A stretch of DNA of 64,000 nucleotides from Eledone cirrhosa. Its lineage: Eukaryota. Below are positions 57,653-64,000 of this stretch, in pieces; within the stretch, counting starts at the first letter, position 1, and each line of letters opens with the position of its first letter. The stretch covers positions 72,974,001-73,038,000 of the forward strand of contig OZ024747.1 in the NCBI GenBank assembly GCA_964016885.1, read 5' to 3'. A program made the position numbers and the translations under genes. Under the pieces are notes generated by a model. The model searched no databases. It saw nothing but the letters and a program-made list of their open reading frames with translations, and was not told where the DNA came from.

Positions 57653-59519
57653 ATATTTACTCACACACAGACCACACACACACACACACCACATACACAC
57701 ACATACCATATACACATACTCAACACACTCCACACACCACACACACACCATATACACCCCCACGTACCTGTATATATTATCATACACCTATGCCCTTTTC
57801 AGGATTATTCCCTAATACTTAGACAGTTTGCTTCTTACGTCTCTGTATTCCAGAACTCAAGGTTAACAGAATTTATAGATTAAAATATATAACTATTGAA
57901 GTATTGATTATTTCGATTTTCTCTTTCCATAATTCCCAGTAAACTCAAGTAGATTTCTATCAAAAATGAGAATTCTATGTTATTTAGGTGGCAATTGTTT
58001 AAGAAACATTAAAATTCTAGTTGGTAATATCAAAGAGAATTTTAATTTTGAGAACAACAGTATGGTTCCAGACAGCTTTCTCAGTTAGGAGAAACATTTA
58101 ACCCCCACAGACCCATTAAAGATACATTTTAGTAAATTCGTTTATCGAGTGATTTATAATTTCATTATTCAGCTGGTAACCAATTGAAACACTTTTTTTT
58201 ATATTGAAATTTGTAAAATAATCATTGTTGTATTTCAGCTTTTGATACTTGTACAATTTCTCACTTAATTTCGTACCCTTTTGAGAAGTTTTATTTTCTT
58301 AATCGATCTACTTCATAGTAACTTAAGTAAAAGGTGTTCAGAGCATAACGGAATTCCACTGATCATAAAAAAGTATTTGATTTTTAAGACACTAAAATGT
58401 TATGCACTTTAGCTAAACGACTACTCTACTGTTGAAAACGGTAATATAAATATAATTATACTATGATGAGCTAAAGGAAGTCAATACTTACAGACATAGA
58501 CACCAATAAAGTAAATCCAAATTTAGACACGAATGAATACTTTAACTACAGTCAGACGATTATAAACTCTCTGGCTTCATTCACTTGTAGTGTTGAACTT
58601 CTGTTCTTTGTAGAGAAGAGATGCAAAATGTTACTACAAGCACAATTTTATGTTGTTGGTATCAGAAAGTAATTTTATGAAGCACCTGAAATATACTTTA
58701 CGGTCTCTGATCTGAATAACACGGAAACCAACTCATTTATCTTCATACAATGCTTGTAAATTGAAATTTTAAATATAGGCCTATCTCTCTAAACGATATT
58801 TTAGCTATTTCATTTGATGATCTTACTGTCAAGAGGGGTTAATTGCTTGGAAATCGCACAAAACTATCATAAAATTCATAGTAGATGGTAGTGAAGGCGT
58901 TAATATCTAAATGAATAAATTAAGTTTGATAACTGGTATCACTAAGCGATGAAACCCTTTTATACTGTGAATAGCAGAAATACTCACTCTGGATACCCCT
59001 GTAGGAAGTTTCACGAGGTATAAATAGTCAAATTGGAATCTCTTTAATTGTCCTTAGTCAGAAGAAAAAAAGTAGCTCATATGGCCCTTTTCAGGACTTC
59101 TCTGTGACAAGTGAGTTGAAGTTATCTTCAGATTGGAAACCTGTGGTGGTGGTGGTGGTGGGGGTTTTAAACTAGGCGCCGCATTAATTTATCACCAATA
59201 ATAAAAAAAGAGCAATTCTCTCGACGGGTTTCCACTCACAAGATTTAAAACTGTTTGTATGGGCCGTAAATGACTGTATCATTCTAAGAGATTACGCATT
59301 TGTATTTGTCACTCATCTTAAGTTCTGCAACAAACAATATGCAGGAATCCACGCACCCCACCCCCACCCAACCTTAGAACCCATGAAATTTGAAACGTCT
59401 TCTCAATCCCTGAGTTCTATTCCCATACTAAGACAACTTACTCATATCCAATATATTGATAGATTATTAGGAGGAGGGCCTACTTATTCTACAGAATATA
59501 TCTAACGATACAGTTAGAA

Positions 59520-59835
59520 AGTGCGTGGTTAAAGCGTTGAATCAGAATCGCAAGATTGTGAGTTAGAATCCCAGACCACACGGCGAGTTGAACTAGACAC
59601 TTTAGTTTACATTGCTCCAGTTCACTCAGTTGTATAAATGAGTTGCGACCTCACTGATGTCAATTTATATCGGTCCAATGCCTTTCCCTTGGACAACATT
59701 GGTGATGTAGAGAGAGAGAAGACTGCTAGAGATGAGCGACTGTTGGTCTTCCATAAACACACCTTGCCCAGGCTTGTGCCTCAGAGGGTAACTTTCCAAG
59801 TTCAAAACCATGGTCATTCGCGACCAAAGGAGACC
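59520..59835 (+). mobile_element. Second SINE-like family, decayed
   Basis: tRNA-like head (GTGGTTAAAGCG..GAGTTAGAATCCC), then CATTGCTCCAGTTCACTCAG.TGTATAAATG resembling a conserved SINE core. Confidence 0.5.
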
Positions 59836-60743
59836 TACTACAGGAAGCGAAACTACTTTTTCTACAGAATAAACCATACATCTAATGATATAGAAAAAAC
59901 AACTATATAATTAATTGGATAAGCGTTAAGAGAAAAGAAACGTACGCACACAAACACTTTCTAATCCATATTCTCGCTCCATTTTTATCTCCTAATTTCT
60001 GGTCTCTTTCTTTTAATACGCTGCATCGTATATCAAAACCAATGGAACACACCCATTTTTGTTTTTCATTAATTATATATTCTTAAATGTCCAGTATATA
60101 AAAGCTAACACTTTCCCTTTATTGTAGCATCTGTGAGGCGTCATTATAACATAACGGACTCACTGACATGCTATGAAGAGCTAGCACATAATAGAAACAA
60201 ACATAAAAAGCCACATAATCTATTCGAAAGAAAGCAACAGGATCTGTTGGGCATGTATAAGTATTAACTTACTGAATGTTCATGAAAGAAACGAAAGAAT
60301 TATCATTACATTTAGAAGTATCAGGTTTTCGTGTGATTAGCCTCAGATCGTATATCGACCCGAATGACGCAAACAGAATAAACTATTGTTTCTTTAAAGA
60401 TTAATAAATTACATTATGACGCCTAAGCTGGAGATCGATAAATATGAAAGAGATATTGGCGTGCAGGAAAAGTGTTGTGATTCTGTTACAGACTATAAGA
60501 TTTGCACATAAAATTATATGGCAAACAATCGATCTTTTTTCTCTGTATCGTCTTTGTCTTCACATTTTCAGTCTTTCCCCAGTTATCTCCCCATAAATCT
60601 GGTGGTATACGAGAAGTGTTAGAAGAGCTGGAAAGCTATTGACTTATGGATCAGGCTACAAAATGCCAACACCAAATTGTTATTTAGTTATGTATGATGT
60701 ATATTGTATTCTATCGTCATTTTCCTCTATATTTAATATATAT

Positions 60744-60806
<63 letters not shown>

Positions 60807-60896
60807 CTATCTTAAGCACATACAGATATATACATACACGCAGTCATACAGATATATACAGTACATACGCTCACATACATCATACATATATACATA

Positions 60897-61950
60897 GAAA
60901 GCATTCGATCATGTCTTAGACATGGATCCTCAGGCAAAATTGCTCACCTTTGGCACCAACCGTCTTTTGAATCGGTTTCTTCTTACCGAATCGCTTCATC
61001 GCAGATTGTACAGATAGGTCCCTCTCTGAACCACATTCTATCAACACTGTTGTACCTCAAGCTTCACCTCTAGCAACGCGCAATTTTGAGCAGATGACAC
61101 GACGCTGTTTTCCTCTATAGTACCCCCTTCTCCTCGCCCAATCGTCATCACATGCAGCCTAGACCAAGTTTGTACTGCCTACTTTTACAGAAACGTGAAA
61201 ACCATTTACCAATAGGATTATTCCTCCTTCTCACCTGCTTCAACAGAACAAGGGCAATAATCATTACACACATCAAGAAAACAAATTTGTTACCTCACTA
61301 AATATCAACAGAACACAACTAGAAACCTCAAACCTTATGGTCACTTTAAATGATAGGTCTCACCATTTCTGAGGACATCTTCTGATAAACAGATATACTA
61401 ACGAGAGTAAAAACTGAAAAAGAACAAAAAACAAACAAACAAACAAACAACAAACAAAGATATAATTAATTGGATAAGCGCTATGAGAAAAGAAACGAAC
61501 ACAAACATTTTCCAATCCATATTCTCGCTCCATTTTTATCTCCTAATTTCTGGTCTCTTTCTTTTAATCAACGATTAACTCCTCAGAAACTCTGGTGAGA
61601 TCTATAATGGAGTACGGCTTCCGCATTTGAGATGATACTGCAGTTATATGCACAGACAACCTAGACTCTATTCCACCCCTCTCATTGGCATTGAGTCGCT
61701 CACCATCATATTCCAACATATGGCTTACAGACAAGCTGTCTCATCTCTTTGCCATTTCTACTGCTACTACATTGGCCGTTGCTTCTTGGAAATGGCTGAT
61801 CTCATGCCACCTCTACTCGTCTCAGACTCTGCATTAACTCTTACTCTCATTTCAGTTTTCTAGAATATCGTCTCTCTGGAATTCCTTCGCTACTCTATAT
61901 TTTTGTGTAGTTTTCAGTTTGCATCTATTGAAGAGGAACACAAACACCGC
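60897..61950 (+). mobile_element. Decayed CR1-group LINE RT remnant, interrupted at about 61420-61570
   Basis: Manual translation gives KAFDHV, NRFIADCTDRSLSEPHSINTVVPQASPL, ADDTT, IGLTISEDI, KTLVRSIMEY and RQAVSSLCHFYCYYIGRC in the expected order. Confidence 0.72.
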
Positions 61951-63124
61951 CAATCTTCCTGGTGGCCTATAGGTGAAACCCCTTTCTCCAGACCAGCCCA
62001 CTAAAAATACACACATACATTCACACATGTGTGCACACACATATATACACACAAACACACACACTGAAACTTTTTTATTTTAGACTCACTGATGAGGACA
62101 GTGGAATGCCTCGAGGCATCTGGAAATAATTCTGTTTACTTACATACATACATACGTAAACATACACACATCCCCATAATGTATTCTTAGTTATACTGTA
62201 TATATACACACACGCACACCCCCACACACACACGCTCACCCCCACACATATATGTATATATATAATCTCAGTGTCAATTGCAAACATACCTGCAAAATTA
62301 GAAGTAGAAAAAAATCAACTTATCTTGATATTAATTTGTAATTTTACCTTTCAATAATTATATTTTAAAATGATGTGGGTAATAAAGTAAAGTATAACTA
62401 ATGTAATTTAAAGTATTTTGAACATCTTTGCTTTATAAACTCATTAACTCATTTTCCCTTATAGCATGTCCTTTATATGTTGGTTTCATTTTTGATGAGA
62501 ATAAAAGCGCGCATGGCTTCTATTTAGGATAGCTAATAATAATAAAGGTAATTATTATGGTAATGATAATGATCTACCTTTCATGATGTTACATGCTAAA
62601 TGCTGATTTATATTTTTAAAGTCATCCAGAAGCAGAAAGCGAGAATGACTTTCTATATTAACATATTTCTTGATGCAATAAAACATTGATTAATGTTTGT
62701 GTTGTAGTTCTGTGAGGGGCACAACAGAGATATTTCACAGAGATATTTTACTGGGTTTTATTAAATGCTACATTTTCTGACAGATCCCATTATATTTCAT
62801 CAGGCTTTACAAAAAAAAAAAAAGAATTATTTATTTCAACGCTAATTTCAGAAAAGAAATTGAGAAAGATATTAAAGGCTCATTCAACCTTCGGAACAGG
62901 AGGTTATTGCTAGTTTTTATTAAGAACTAAGCTTAATATAAAAGGAAATCACGAAAGGAATGAAAGCAGCATCAAGAACCAAAACAAGAAAAAAGATCAA
63001 AAACAACAGCTCACCTTTCTATATTCTTCACTCGTTGGCGGCGTAAAAACAAAATATTACTCCGCCTTGAGGCAAGCTTCTAATATAGTCCTTATCAACA
63101 TATATAATGATCTTTGATGGCGTC

Positions 63125-63460
63125 ACACACAACACATACAAACAACACAGCATACACACACATACACACACAACACACACACACACACAGCACATATACA
63201 ACACATTCACATAACATATGCACACACACACAACACACATACACACAACGCCCACACAAAACACACACACAACAGACACAAACACAACACATACGCACAC
63301 ATATACACACATACGCACACATACACACACACACAACACACACACACAATATATGCACACACACAACAGACACACACAAACCACACCCAACACACACAAC
63401 ATACACACACGTACACACAGAACAGATGCACTCACACAACACATACACGCACACAACACC
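63125..63460. repeat. Degenerate (CA)-rich simple repeat
   Basis: Seen directly. Confidence 0.92.
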
Positions 63461-64000
63461 CCCCGACCGGCGCCATTTACAAGGTTCGATCTGGTATCAA
63501 TGAACAAATTGATTAATAATATTCACCTCTCATTTTATTTTTCAAAATTCTCTTTTTTCAGATGTTTCATAATTTTGAGAATTGTTTCGACTAAAACGCA
63601 TCGTTTTATTACATTTTGAATCATACTGAGAATATATTTTGTATGTGAATAACTATGAAGCTTATTCAATAGGCAATAAAATAAATTAGCAGATTTATGA
63701 TGGTAAGTATTGGCAAATGGTTTCAGAAACAAACCACGAGAATTTGAAATCAATCTATGGACGTTATCGAACAATTTAGCAAAGAAGGTTTCTTTCGACA
63801 ATACTTAAAATACGTTTTTAAATGGAGGTGTGAATATTGAAAAAATTCAAAAGTATCATGTAGATATGTATGAATGCATGGTCCCATAACTCATGAGGGA
63901 GTTTTAAGGGTACCGTATTGACATATGACGTTTCTAAGGCATATTTTGCTAAAACCTGGTAGAGATCATCTCCTCTCCATGTCTGAATACAGCAGGCTTC

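Noticed and set aside
53110-64000. Host protein-coding exons
   Set aside because: Only short ORFs from simple repeats or decayed transposons were recognisable; small exons cannot be excluded without RNA data.

Overview
Repeat-rich eukaryotic (animal) DNA with no recognisable host gene. The SINE types and microsatellite load suggest a mollusc or octopus, but that is only inference. The window is dominated by a young ~5.7-kb non-LTR retrotransposon of the L1/Tx1 group ('family A'). Its ORF1 carries one CCHC knuckle and a Pro/Thr-rich tail; its ORF2 has APE endonuclease, RT and a C-terminal CCHC. There are seven copies: a head-to-tail array of five on the minus strand (1-26436, first copy cut by the window edge) and two on the plus strand (32995-38700, 46107-51805). 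Each plus-strand copy sits directly upstream of a 5'-truncated, older sister element ('family B'). Every visible element end abuts a (TATC)n tract in the same orientation, and the 3' tail is TATC rather than poly(A). This looks like a (GATA)n/(TATC)n-microsatellite-specific retrotransposon that stacks into polarised arrays. Notable details: all seven 5' ends fall at the same nucleotide; ORF2 has no AUG before the first endonuclease motif and overlaps ORF1 in the -1 frame; the 3' UTR has a pseudoknot candidate with a compensatory change between families A and B; and copy 2 is a crossover chimera of copies 1 and 3. The rest of the window is satellites (a palindromic 17-mer, a 5-kb 12-mer, an 8-mer), tRNA-type SINEs, decayed RTE/CR1/mariner remnants and microsatellites.
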